64,000 nucleotides of DNA from Candidatus Acididesulfobacter diazotrophicus (GCA_004195025.1 SGBB01000004.1:53478-117477), one strand, 5' to 3'. Numbered from the stretch's first letter, positions 51,163-60,806 are shown. A program made the numbers and translations. The notes: generated by a model from the letters alone, not told the origin.

Positions 51163-51624
51163 TTAGCTTTTATTTGATTTATTGGCATTTGCGGTTATAG
51201 AATAAGACAATTTTTGTAAAACATCAATAATAATATGCAAAATTTTTGCAATAATCTCCGGCGTATTATCATTATCATTCGTTTTGTCACTGCCTTCTTT
51301 ATCCGATAAGTGTTTTGCATGCACGACAATGTCAACTAAACTGTGCGCCAAATAGACTACGAAATCAATAATACGTCTAATTTCTTCTTCATCCATTTTA
51401 ACTGCTTCTTTAACTTCTTCTGTTTTAGCCGTTACGCTTTTAGATGCATCGTTTTTTGTTGCTGCGCTTTTAGTCACTACGTCTTTAGCTTTGTGCGATA
51501 AAGAGTTCAGATAATCAATAACTTGGTTAATTTTTTCCTTATCCACTTTAACTACTTCACTTTTAATTTTCTGCAATAAAGAGTCTATATAATCAATAAC
51601 TTGGTTAATTTTTTCCTTATCCAT
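51163..51624 (-). CDS. Hypothetical repeat protein (three DKEKINQVIDY-type helical repeats)
   Basis: 153-aa ORF. MDKEKINQVIDYIDSL, VDKEKINQVIDYLNSL and MDEEEIRRIIDFVVYL occur in series. At the DNA level there is a 78-bp-period near-identical repeat (about 51510 and 51588). Confidence 0.5.
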   Translation of the reverse strand: MDKEKINQVIDYIDSLLQKIKSEVVKVDKEKINQVIDYLNSLSHKAKDVVTKSAATKNDASKSVTAKTEEVKEAVKMDEEEIRRIIDFVVYLAHSLVDIVVHAKHLSDKEGSDKTNDNDNTPEIIAKILHIIIDVLQKLSYSITANANKSNKS

Positions 51625-51975
51625 TTTAACTACTCCTTCTTTTAATTTAATTTAATAAATTTTTCATTTAATAATTTAATAAATAATATAAGTTAATTAA
51701 TATTATTTGATTATAATTTAAATACTATTTAAATTATAAATATTTTAATTACAATTAAAATATTTATAATTTTTTTGCCTTAATCCCTATTTATATAATA
51801 TAATAATTTTAATAATTTAAGAAACTGTATTGGTTAATATTATACCTTAATTATTAATGTATCATAAAATACTAATATTATCAATATACATTTTTGCTTT
51901 TAATATATTTTTATAATAATAAAAGCACATCTATTTGCCATTTTGCCTATATATTTTACACAACTTATTTATTTC

Positions 51976-53040
51976 TTATAATTTAGCCCTTTTATATTGA
52001 TCAGGCCATTCAATATCAACACCTAATTTATGGGCTGCATATAACGGCCAATAAGGGTTTCTTAAAAGCTCTCTGCCTAACGCAACCATATCAACTAAAT
52101 CTGAAGCAACAAGATAATCCGCAAACTCCGGTTTTGTAATCAAACCTACGGTAGAAACAGGAATATCGGCTTTTTTTCTTATTTCATCGGCAAACTTTAT
52201 TTGATATCCGTGGTATATTTTCATCTTGGCATGCGGAGATATCCCGCCTGAAGAACAATCAATTAAAGAAATTCCAACCTTTTTAAGCATTTTCGCAAGA
52301 TAAACCGAATCCTCTAATTGAACCCCGCCTTCAACCCAATCAATAGCGGAAATTCTGACAAAAATAGGTTTATTTTCCGACCAAACAGACTTAATACTTG
52401 TTATTATTTCTAATAACAATCTAGCTCTATTTTCAATTGGACCGCCATATAAATCTGTTCTTTTATTAGATTCAGGAGATAAAAACTCATTAATCAAATA
52501 GCCGTGGGCAGCATGAATTTCAATAATATCAAATCCTGCGTCATTTGCGTTTTTTGCTGCATTAGTAAAATCATTTATTACTTTTTTTATGTCATTATAA
52601 TCCATTTCTTTTGGAACAGGAAACCCTTCATTAAATTGAATTGCACTCGGAGCCAATGTCTGCCATGCGCCATTTTGAGAATTTAACGGCTTTTCGCCTA
52701 ACCATGGAGCATCGGTTGAAGCTTTCCTTCCTGCATGAGCAAGCTGAATACCCATTGCAGAGCCAAAACTTTTGCAAAATCTAACTATCGGTTTAAATGC
52801 TTCAACATGTTTTTTATCCCATATTCCCGCATCATAAGGACTAATTCTGCCTTCAGGACTGACACCCGTCGCTTCAACCATAATTAATCCTACTCCTCCG
52901 ACTGCTCTTGAGCCAAGATGAGCCATATGGAAATCCGAAACAACACCGTCTTTCGCAGAATACACGCACATCGGAGCCATCATTATTCTGTTTTTAATCG
53001 TTAAATCTTTAAACTGTATTGACTTAAAAAGCATACTCAT
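51976..53040 (-). CDS. Old Yellow Enzyme family NADH:flavin oxidoreductase (YqjM/NamA-like)
   Basis: MAPMCVYSA, HAAHGYLINEFLSPESNKRTDLYGG, and a C-terminal GRELLRNPYW. Confidence 0.85.
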   Translation of the reverse strand: MSMLFKSIQFKDLTIKNRIMMAPMCVYSAKDGVVSDFHMAHLGSRAVGGVGLIMVEATGVSPEGRISPYDAGIWDKKHVEAFKPIVRFCKSFGSAMGIQLAHAGRKASTDAPWLGEKPLNSQNGAWQTLAPSAIQFNEGFPVPKEMDYNDIKKVINDFTNAAKNANDAGFDIIEIHAAHGYLINEFLSPESNKRTDLYGGPIENRARLLLEIITSIKSVWSENKPIFVRISAIDWVEGGVQLEDSVYLAKMLKKVGISLIDCSSGGISPHAKMKIYHGYQIKFADEIRKKADIPVSTVGLITKPEFADYLVASDLVDMVALGRELLRNPYWPLYAAHKLGVDIEWPDQYKRAKL

Positions 53041-53216
53041 AATTAATTCTCCTATAATTAATATTTATAAATTATATTATTCTATTTATTACTCAATAAT
53101 ATTCTATTGAATTAATTTCAAATTGCATTTAAGATTAATAACTAACTTAAATTTAGATACTTAGATACGATAAGTTATTTTAAAATTGACTTCTATTAAA
53201 TTAAAGTTCTAATATT

Positions 53217-54134
53217 TTAAGATTTAAGATTGTTAAATAAATTAGAAATATTTTCAAGTACTTCATAAGTTTGACGATGATTATTTATATAATAATCTGC
53301 TGAAGATTTTTTTTCTCCTACAACACAATTTATTGACATTACATTAATTTTTTTTGAATTTGATTTAAATGAATATTCATTTTTACCAAACATAGTTTCA
53401 TCAGTTAAATCATCTCCAATATTAACTCTTAACATATTTATTATATCCTTATTATTCTTATTATAATTACTGTTATCTTTATTTAATCCGCTATGAAAAT
53501 TCCCGTTTAGCTGCAGTGAAATTTCTTTAATAATAAAATCACATGCTTTTCCTTTATCCCATTTAATTTCAGGTCTTATCTCAATAATTTTTTTTCCTTT
53601 TTTTAACTCAAACATACGCTTAAAATCATTATTTGAATTCATAATATGTTTTACTTCATCTTTTAAAATTTTTATATCTTCATGGCGTAAAATACGGTAA
53701 TGCAAACTTATTGAATATTTCTTATTTTCAATAATTAAATTTTTTATTGGAATTTCATTCACTTTTTTAACAATATCTTGTAAAACAGGCATATAATTTT
53801 TTAAATCTTTATATACAAAATTTAATTTTATTTTTTCATATAAACTTTTGATTTCAAAACCGTGATTGCCTGAATATATAATATTGCTATTTATATCAAT
53901 TCTTTTAATAATATCAGATAATTCTCTCCCTGTTACTATACAAAAAAATACATTTTCAATAATTCTTATATTTTCAATAATTTCTCTATAATTATCTTCC
54001 AACACGACATCAAAAGGACTCTCGTAAATTTTAGTCAGAGTTCCGTCAAAATCAACGCATAAAACCAATATATCCGGTTTGAAAGTTTGTATTTTATTTT
54101 CTATTTTTTTTAAATTGTCTAAAAAATTAATCAT
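53217..54134 (-). CDS. otsB: Trehalose-6-phosphate phosphatase (HAD superfamily)
   Basis: HAD motif I VDFDGTLT and a C-terminal GDDLTDE. It is divergent from otsA. Confidence 0.75.
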   Translation of the reverse strand: MINFLDNLKKIENKIQTFKPDILVLCVDFDGTLTKIYESPFDVVLEDNYREIIENIRIIENVFFCIVTGRELSDIIKRIDINSNIIYSGNHGFEIKSLYEKIKLNFVYKDLKNYMPVLQDIVKKVNEIPIKNLIIENKKYSISLHYRILRHEDIKILKDEVKHIMNSNNDFKRMFELKKGKKIIEIRPEIKWDKGKACDFIIKEISLQLNGNFHSGLNKDNSNYNKNNKDIINMLRVNIGDDLTDETMFGKNEYSFKSNSKKINVMSINCVVGEKKSSADYYINNHRQTYEVLENISNLFNNLKS

Positions 54135-54329
54135 AATTAATTAAAAATTGAAAAAAATTGAAAAAAATGATATGATTTATAATAAATTTAAAAATTCAGT
54201 ATATTTTTTATAGTAATTTATATTTTTTTTGATAAATATATTCCGATATTTTGCAATTATTTAAATTTTATATATAATACGTAATATATAATTTAAAATT
54301 ATACAACAAATTACACATATAATCCAATT

Positions 54330-55820
54330 ATGGAAAAAAAACAATTTAATATTCTGATTAAAGAAAAATTTAAAAATATAAATCTGATTGCGGTTTCTAA
54401 TAGGGAGCCCGTTGTCCATGAATATTTAGGCAAAAAAATCATTTCTCATCGCTCTGTCGGCGGTCTGACCATAGCTTTAGAACCTATAATGCGGAATCTT
54501 AACGGAACTTGGATTGCTTATGGCGGCGGAAGCGCCGATAAAGCGGTTTTAGATAAAAACAATGAAATTAAATTGCCTACCGATGAAGAATCGTATACAT
54601 TGAAAAGATTATTTTTAAGCAAAACAGAGATAGACGGATATTATTACGGCTATTCAAATTCTGTTTTGTGGCCTTTAAGCCATATAGTTTATAAGCAGCC
54701 AGAATTTGATTCAAGATATTTTGAAATTTATAAAAGAGTAAATAAGAAATTTGCAGATTCGGTCATAGAAGAAATAAAGTTAATGAATGACGAAAATAGC
54801 AAAGAAGACGCCGATAATATTATTTGGCTTCAAGATTATCATTTATCATTAGCTGCAAAATATATAAAAGAATACGATGAAACATTAAAAATCGGAATAT
54901 TCTGGCATATTCCATGGCCAAATCCTGAAGTTTTTTCAATATGTCCTGAAAAAAAAGAGCTTTTAGAAGGCTTATTATCAAATGATTTAATTGGCTTTCA
55001 TATTTTATACCACTGCCAAAATTTTTTAAAAGCCTGCGAATGGGAATTGGAAGCACAGGTCAATTGGGCAGATTACTTAGTTACATACAAGGGTCATACG
55101 ACCAAAATTAACCCTTTCCCTATAAGTATAGATGCAAGGTCTCTATATGATTTTTCAAAAGATATGAACATTAACTCTGATGATTTTAATAATTTAAAAG
55201 AGCTTATTGAACTTCCTCATCAATTTTTAGCACTTTCTGTTGACAGAATCGACTACACAAAGGGCATAAAAGAAAAATTAATGGCTATAGATTTATTCTT
55301 AGAAAAATATCCTGAATTTATCGGTAAATTTATTTTTTTACAGCTTGGCGTTCCTTCAAGAATGCACATAAAGTCATATAAAGAATATTATGATGAAATA
55401 AATAGTATGGCCGAACAGATAAACTGGAAATATAAAAATGATGACTGGTATCCTATAGTATTATTTTTAAAACAGTTAGATTTACAATCATATATTTATT
55501 TTTACAAAATTGCGGATATTGTAATTGTAAGTCCGCTACATGACGGGATGAATCTTGTCGCAAAAGAATTTATAATGTCAAATACCGATTATAAAGGAAT
55601 GCTTATACTGTCAAAATTTACAGGATCATCTAAAGAACTTACTGAAGCAATTCTAATTAATCCTTATAATATTGAATGTTTTGCAGATTCTATAAATAAT
55701 GCGCTAGAATTGGACGATGAAGAAAAAAAAAGAAGAGTATCTAAAATGCAGGATATAATTCTTGATAATGATATATATGATTGGGCATATAATTTTCTTT
55801 CAAAACTTAAAACTATTTAA
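54330..55820 (+). CDS. otsA: Alpha,alpha-trehalose-phosphate synthase (GT20)
   Basis: VSNREP near the N-terminus, YYYGYSNSVLWPLSH, WLQDYHL and DGMNLVAKEF. Confidence 0.9.
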   Translation: MEKKQFNILIKEKFKNINLIAVSNREPVVHEYLGKKIISHRSVGGLTIALEPIMRNLNGTWIAYGGGSADKAVLDKNNEIKLPTDEESYTLKRLFLSKTEIDGYYYGYSNSVLWPLSHIVYKQPEFDSRYFEIYKRVNKKFADSVIEEIKLMNDENSKEDADNIIWLQDYHLSLAAKYIKEYDETLKIGIFWHIPWPNPEVFSICPEKKELLEGLLSNDLIGFHILYHCQNFLKACEWELEAQVNWADYLVTYKGHTTKINPFPISIDARSLYDFSKDMNINSDDFNNLKELIELPHQFLALSVDRIDYTKGIKEKLMAIDLFLEKYPEFIGKFIFLQLGVPSRMHIKSYKEYYDEINSMAEQINWKYKNDDWYPIVLFLKQLDLQSYIYFYKIADIVIVSPLHDGMNLVAKEFIMSNTDYKGMLILSKFTGSSKELTEAILINPYNIECFADSINNALELDDEEKKRRVSKMQDIILDNDIYDWAYNFLSKLKTI

Positions 55821-55884
55821 TCTATATTATTAATATTAATCTATATAATTATAATTTTATAATTTAAATTAAGATAATAATATT

Positions 55885-55924
55885 AGAATAGAATAGAATA
55901 GAATAGAATAGAATAGAATAGAAT
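55885..55924. repeat. Pentanucleotide microsatellite (AGAAT)x8
   Basis: Eight perfect tandem copies counted by hand, between the otsA stop and the MscS gene start. Confidence 0.9.
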
Positions 55925-56096
55925 AATATTAAAAATAACTGTTACGATAGTGAACAAAAACGGAAAATTATAATGCTATAATAATATAATAAGATATAAT
56001 ATTTAATATTATTACTTAAATTATACTAAATAATTTTAAATTTTAATTAATTGCTTAATTGATCAATTTTAAATCAATTTTTACTAATTATTAGTT

Positions 56097-57110
56097 ATGA
56101 ATGAAAATAAAAATTCGGGCGACAAAAAAAATAACACATTTAAAAAAGTACTATATTATGTAATTGGAATTATAGCAATATTATTATTTGTATATACCGT
56201 TTTATATGCAGTGTCGTTATATTCAAAAAATCTTCCTAAAGGTTCTTTTTCTATAATAGAAGCTGTTATACTGGTTATTTTTGGCATTTTAGTAATAAAA
56301 CTGATTCAAAATCTGTTTGTTAAAATAGTTCATAATTATTTATCGGAAGATAAATTAGGTCTGTTAAAATTTCTCTTTAATGTTACGGCGTATTTTATTC
56401 TTTTTTTACTAATTTTTTCATCATTAGGAATAGATGTTACTAATATACTTCTTGGAGCTACTTTCTTAGGCATAGTATTCGGCCTTGCATCGCAGACTAT
56501 TCTTTCAAATTTGCTTTCAGGATTTGCTATATTATTTGCAAAACCGTTCAAAATCGGCGATAGAATTACAATAGTAACTTGGCAATGGGGACTTTTAATG
56601 TCAACATACCAGCATGAAACAATGAAACCCGGATACACGGGCGTTATTAAAGATATCAACATTCTTTTCACGACCATTAGAGAAGATAGCGGTTTTATTA
56701 TGAAAGCTCCGAATAATATTTTAATGCAGTCAATGATTACCAATTATGCAAATACTAACAAACGATTAGTCAGAATCAGATTTGAACTTGACAAAACAAT
56801 AGATTTTAAAACTTTCAAGGAAGAGTTTAATAATTATTTATTGACACAAGTTCTTATAGAAAAAACACCTCTTCCTACGATAAGGATTGTTGATTTATCT
56901 TTGACGAGCTATTTTGTAGCAGTAGAAGCTTTCACTCCTTCTATTTTTGAGGATCCTGTAAGAGATTTGGTATTGTCCTATGTTCTTAAGGTGGTTGCTA
57001 AGAAACAATCTGAAACAGTAAATAAACCGCCTGCTGAAGCAGATAAGGTAAACTCTCTTATTGCAACAGATAATAATAATAAGTTGAAGGAAAAAGAAGG
57101 AAAAAAATAG
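56097..57110 (+). CDS. MscS-family small-conductance mechanosensitive channel
   Basis: Three or four N-terminal TM helices, then LSGFAILFAKPFKIGDRITI, the MscS pore/beta-domain junction motif. Confidence 0.8.
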   Translation: MNENKNSGDKKNNTFKKVLYYVIGIIAILLFVYTVLYAVSLYSKNLPKGSFSIIEAVILVIFGILVIKLIQNLFVKIVHNYLSEDKLGLLKFLFNVTAYFILFLLIFSSLGIDVTNILLGATFLGIVFGLASQTILSNLLSGFAILFAKPFKIGDRITIVTWQWGLLMSTYQHETMKPGYTGVIKDINILFTTIREDSGFIMKAPNNILMQSMITNYANTNKRLVRIRFELDKTIDFKTFKEEFNNYLLTQVLIEKTPLPTIRIVDLSLTSYFVAVEAFTPSIFEDPVRDLVLSYVLKVVAKKQSETVNKPPAEADKVNSLIATDNNNKLKEKEGKK

Positions 57111-57132
57111 ATAAATAGATAAATAGATAAAT

Positions 57133-57251
57133 AATAAATAATAAATAATAAATAATAAATAATAAATAATAAATAATAAATAATAAATAATAAATAATAA
57201 ATAATAAATAATAAATAATAAATAATAAATAATAAATAATAAATAATAAAT
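57133..57251. repeat. Heptanucleotide microsatellite (AATAAAT)x17, preceded by about 3 copies of ATAAATAG (57111-57132)
   Basis: 17 perfect tandem copies counted by hand. The array starts directly after the MscS stop codon. Confidence 0.9.
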
Positions 57252-57260
57252 AATAAAAAT

Positions 57261-57379
57261 TAATTTGGAACAGGATTTACAACAAGTGACATCTTCTATG
57301 GGACGGATATGTTCCGCATACTCCCCTGCCTTTAGCTTTAGGCATGCATTGGGAGTGAGTATATCAAAATACCAAATTA
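57261..57379. other. 119-bp GC-rich structured island bounded by taatttgg / ccaaatta; candidate bidirectional terminator or small RNA
   Basis: Internal hairpins are ggaaca...tgttcc (57267-57315) and atactcccc-tgcct..aggca-..gggagtgagtat (about 57319-57363). It lies between the convergent MscS and lgt genes. Confidence 0.4.
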
Positions 57380-57509
57380 TAATATAAAATTGACAGGGTT
57401 GTTAATATAAAAATAACACGCAAACATTAGTAACTTATCGTATATATTATATTCTATACTATATTTTAACTATAAAAATTTATAAAATATAAAAATAAAT
57501 TTTTTTATT

Positions 57510-58367
57510 TTATAAATTTTTATAATGATAATGCCGATAAATTATTGCGGCAACAGCACCTATAACAGCGATCATACTTAACACCTGAGATATTCTAATA
57601 GTATTTCCGAGCCATAAACTGTCAATTCTTGTTCCTTCGGTAAAAAACCTGGTTATACCATACCATATTAAATACCCTATTAAAATCTTACCTGCAACTT
57701 TTGGCTTTTTACGCGACAATAACATCAAAAAAATAAATCCTAAAAAATCAGGCACGGATTCATAAAAAAAAGATGGCTCAAAATAATGATACATTGTTAA
57801 ATTTTTTGGAAATGCCGCCTGAAAAGGATAGCCCCACAAACCAAAAATAAGATGCTTTGGCGTATAAGCGTTAACAGGGCGTAAAGCTTTTGCAATTGGC
57901 AGTCCCCATTTAACAGGATATCCAAAAGCCTGCTGGTCAATGAAATTACCCCACCTTCCTATTGCCTGTCCTAAAATTAAACTCGGCGCAAAAGTGTCTA
58001 TATAAAGCCATATATTCAGTTTCTTGACTTTAGTATAAACATAAAGAGCAATTAAGCCGCCTATTTCTCCGCCGTATATTGCAAGCCCGCCATCCCATAT
58101 ATAAAATATAGATATAGGATCTCTAGCGTAATATCCCCATGCAAAAACAACATAATATAAACGCGCAAAAATAATTGAAAGAGGAATGGCAAAAACCATA
58201 ATATTAATGATATTTTCAGGATCCTCTCTCCATGATTTTGCACGATAATAAGCTATAGCGATACCGACAATAAATCCTATTCCTATTAACACCCCGTACC
58301 AATGAACAGGAAGCGGACCTATTTTTATTATTGGATTTGGAGCATACCAATTATTGAAATTAAACAT
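57510..58367 (-). CDS. lgt: Prolipoprotein diacylglyceryl transferase
   Basis: HWYGVLIGIGFIVG, the GRWGNFIDQQAFG signature, and 7 TM helices. Confidence 0.9.
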   Translation of the reverse strand: MFNFNNWYAPNPIIKIGPLPVHWYGVLIGIGFIVGIAIAYYRAKSWREDPENIINIMVFAIPLSIIFARLYYVVFAWGYYARDPISIFYIWDGGLAIYGGEIGGLIALYVYTKVKKLNIWLYIDTFAPSLILGQAIGRWGNFIDQQAFGYPVKWGLPIAKALRPVNAYTPKHLIFGLWGYPFQAAFPKNLTMYHYFEPSFFYESVPDFLGFIFLMLLSRKKPKVAGKILIGYLIWYGITRFFTEGTRIDSLWLGNTIRISQVLSMIAVIGAVAAIIYRHYHYKNL

Positions 58368-58583
58368 AATTAAAAGTCCTTAGTTAAAATATAATTTGCT
58401 ATCATTATATGATTATATTAATATTATTAAATTTTGCCTCAACAGTAAATAAACCACATAATACTGAAAGAAATTACTACTATTAAATTTTAAACAAAGT
58501 CTTAACAGTAAAATAAACTACATAATACTGACAGATGAGGGCTTTCATGTAATGGTATCAAATTAAATGTTTATTATTTATTA

Positions 58584-59879
58584 TTATTTAATAGATTTAG
58601 CGAATGCATAAGTTCTTTTAAAATATTCATTTGAAAGGCTATTTACGGTAACCTTGCCTACTCCTGAATTTGCCTGAATAAATTTTCCATGTCCTATATA
58701 TATTCCGACATGTGAAATATATGCAGCATATGTTCTAAAAAATAACAACATACCAGGCTTCAATTTACTTTTCGGAACATATTTTCCAAGCCTTGATTGT
58801 TCTTGTGCAGTTCTTGGGATACTAATGTCTAATTTTTTAAAAACACGCTGAACAAATCCCGAACAATCCATGCCGCTGCGCGTGGTTCCTCCCCAAACAT
58901 ATGGAACACCACGATACCTGAACGCTACTTTAACTATTTTTTTCCCAAGGTAATCATGCTTTTTATAGTTATTAAGACTGTCATTTGAATTGTTGTAAAC
59001 ATTTTTATGCAGTACTTCAAATGATGCCGTTTTATTATTATTGTTATTACTAAAATGATTAATTCTATTATCTGCAACTTTATAACTTTCAGGAACTGTA
59101 AGAACGGCGCCCTGTCTTATTACATTTGAATAAAGATGATTTAAATTTTTTAATTGGCTTATTGAGGTATTATATTTTTGGGCTATCAAAGATAGCGTAT
59201 CTCCAAACTTAACAACATAGTGTCCGTATGTCACTGCAGGCTGCTGCGGAACATAAGCGCCTCCGGAAACTATCTTGAGTTTTTGACCTGTATATATGTT
59301 GTAGTTTGATAAACCGTTTTCAGACATTATAGAAGAAACCGACGTATTATATTTGGAAGCAATCTGACTTAGGGTATAACCTGGTTGAACGGTGACATAA
59401 ATAATATCGGCGGAAGGATGATGATAAATAGGAACTGTAAGAACGGCGCCCTGTCTTATTACATTTGAATAAAGATGATTTAAATTTTTTAATTGGCTTA
59501 TTGAGGTATTATATTTTTGGGCTATCAAAGATAGCGTATCTCCAAACTTAACAACATAGTGTCCGTATGTCACTGCAGGCTGCTGCGGAACATAAGCGCC
59601 TCCGGAAACTATCTTGAGTTTTTGACCTGTATATATGTTGTAGTTTGATAAACCGTTTTCAGACATTATAGAAGAAACCGACGTATTATATTTGGAAGCA
59701 ATCTGACTTAGGGTATAACCTGGTTGAACGGTGACATAAATAATATCGGCGGAAACATCACCAGGACTAAAATATATTATTGAAAAAATTAAATAAACTA
59801 TTAAACTAATTAAAATTATAAATTGATTTTTATGATTTTTATGGTTATTGCAGTTTTTTAAAAAAATTTCATACGCCAT
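58584..59879 (-). CDS. Cell-wall hydrolase with four LysM domains and C-terminal NlpC/P60 domain
   Basis: LysM repeats (YVTVQPGYTLSQIASKYNTSVSSIMSENGL; YVVKFGDTLSLIAQKYNTSISQLKNLN), each present twice. The NlpC/P60 catalytic region is GVPYVWGGTTRSGMDCSGFVQRVF. Confidence 0.85.
   Translation of the reverse strand: MAYEIFLKNCNNHKNHKNQFIILISLIVYLIFSIIYFSPGDVSADIIYVTVQPGYTLSQIASKYNTSVSSIMSENGLSNYNIYTGQKLKIVSGGAYVPQQPAVTYGHYVVKFGDTLSLIAQKYNTSISQLKNLNHLYSNVIRQGAVLTVPIYHHPSADIIYVTVQPGYTLSQIASKYNTSVSSIMSENGLSNYNIYTGQKLKIVSGGAYVPQQPAVTYGHYVVKFGDTLSLIAQKYNTSISQLKNLNHLYSNVIRQGAVLTVPESYKVADNRINHFSNNNNNKTASFEVLHKNVYNNSNDSLNNYKKHDYLGKKIVKVAFRYRGVPYVWGGTTRSGMDCSGFVQRVFKKLDISIPRTAQEQSRLGKYVPKSKLKPGMLLFFRTYAAYISHVGIYIGHGKFIQANSGVGKVTVNSLSNEYFKRTYAFAKSIK
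59091..59754. repeat. Perfect 325-bp direct duplication (59091-59415 = 59430-59754), period 339 bp, in frame inside the LysM hydrolase gene
   Basis: Base-by-base comparison of the two copies shows no mismatch. They are separated by 14 nt. Confidence 0.95.
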
Positions 59880-60360
59880 AATACAAAACCCTCAATTTAA
59901 ATTTATAAATTTAATAAATAAAATAAAAATAATTAATTTAATAAATAATAGTATTAAATTATATCTAATAAATAATAAGCTAATTTATTTTTTAATGTAT
60001 ATTACTACAAATATATAAATGCTGTCAAGTTTTTATGTTAAATTTTTTATGTTAAATTAGTATAAAAGAAAAATAAACAACTTAAAATAAAATAAAATAA
60101 AATAATGTTGACAACAATACAAAATTAGTGCTATTATAAAAAATCACATGGTGTTATAGTATTGTATTATCTTTTGTATTATTTATATTATCTAAAGTAT
60201 ATATATTATATTATAAATAAACATTATTTATTAAATTGATATTATTTAATTAATCAATATTAATTATTAAAAATACTATCATTTTAATATTATTAATTAA
60301 CATTTAAGTTATTCGTTTTTATATTTACACACATCACGATTTAATATGCAATTTATATAC

Positions 60361-60437
<77 letters not shown>

Positions 60438-60510
60438 TTTAAAACCCCAGCAAATAAGCACTTCAGAGTAAACCTTAAAAAATTATAATGCTAAATTTTA
60501 GTTAAAAAGT

Positions 60511-60806
60511 TATCCGATTTATTTTATCTTCTACTCCTGATTGAATTTATAAGCAATTAAAAAATCTTATTGCTTTTTTTATGTTTTTTAAAACATATAT
60601 GGAATACATTCGGAACAGTTTTTATTATTTTAAATTTCTGTTTAATATTTATGTTTAATTTTTTTTGAAATTTATTCAATTAATAAAATAAATATGTATT
60701 TAATATATATTTATTGATATAAATAATCAAGTTCTGTGTAATGAAATTTACAGAGGATAAAAACCAGCAAATGCAGGAGGGAGTAAAAGATAAAATAAAT
60801 CGGATA
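60511..60806. mobile_element. 296-bp MITE-like element bounded by about 29-33-nt inverted repeats
   Basis: Left end tatccgatttattttatcttctactcctg (60511-60539) is the reverse complement, with a small indel, of caggagggagtaaaagataaaataaatcggata (60774-60806). The terminal 20 nt are identical. No ORF lies inside. Confidence 0.55.
60551..60580 (+). terminator. Hairpin plus T-run downstream of tRNA-fMet
   Basis: aagcaat-taaaaaatctt-attgctt followed by ttttt. Confidence 0.45.
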
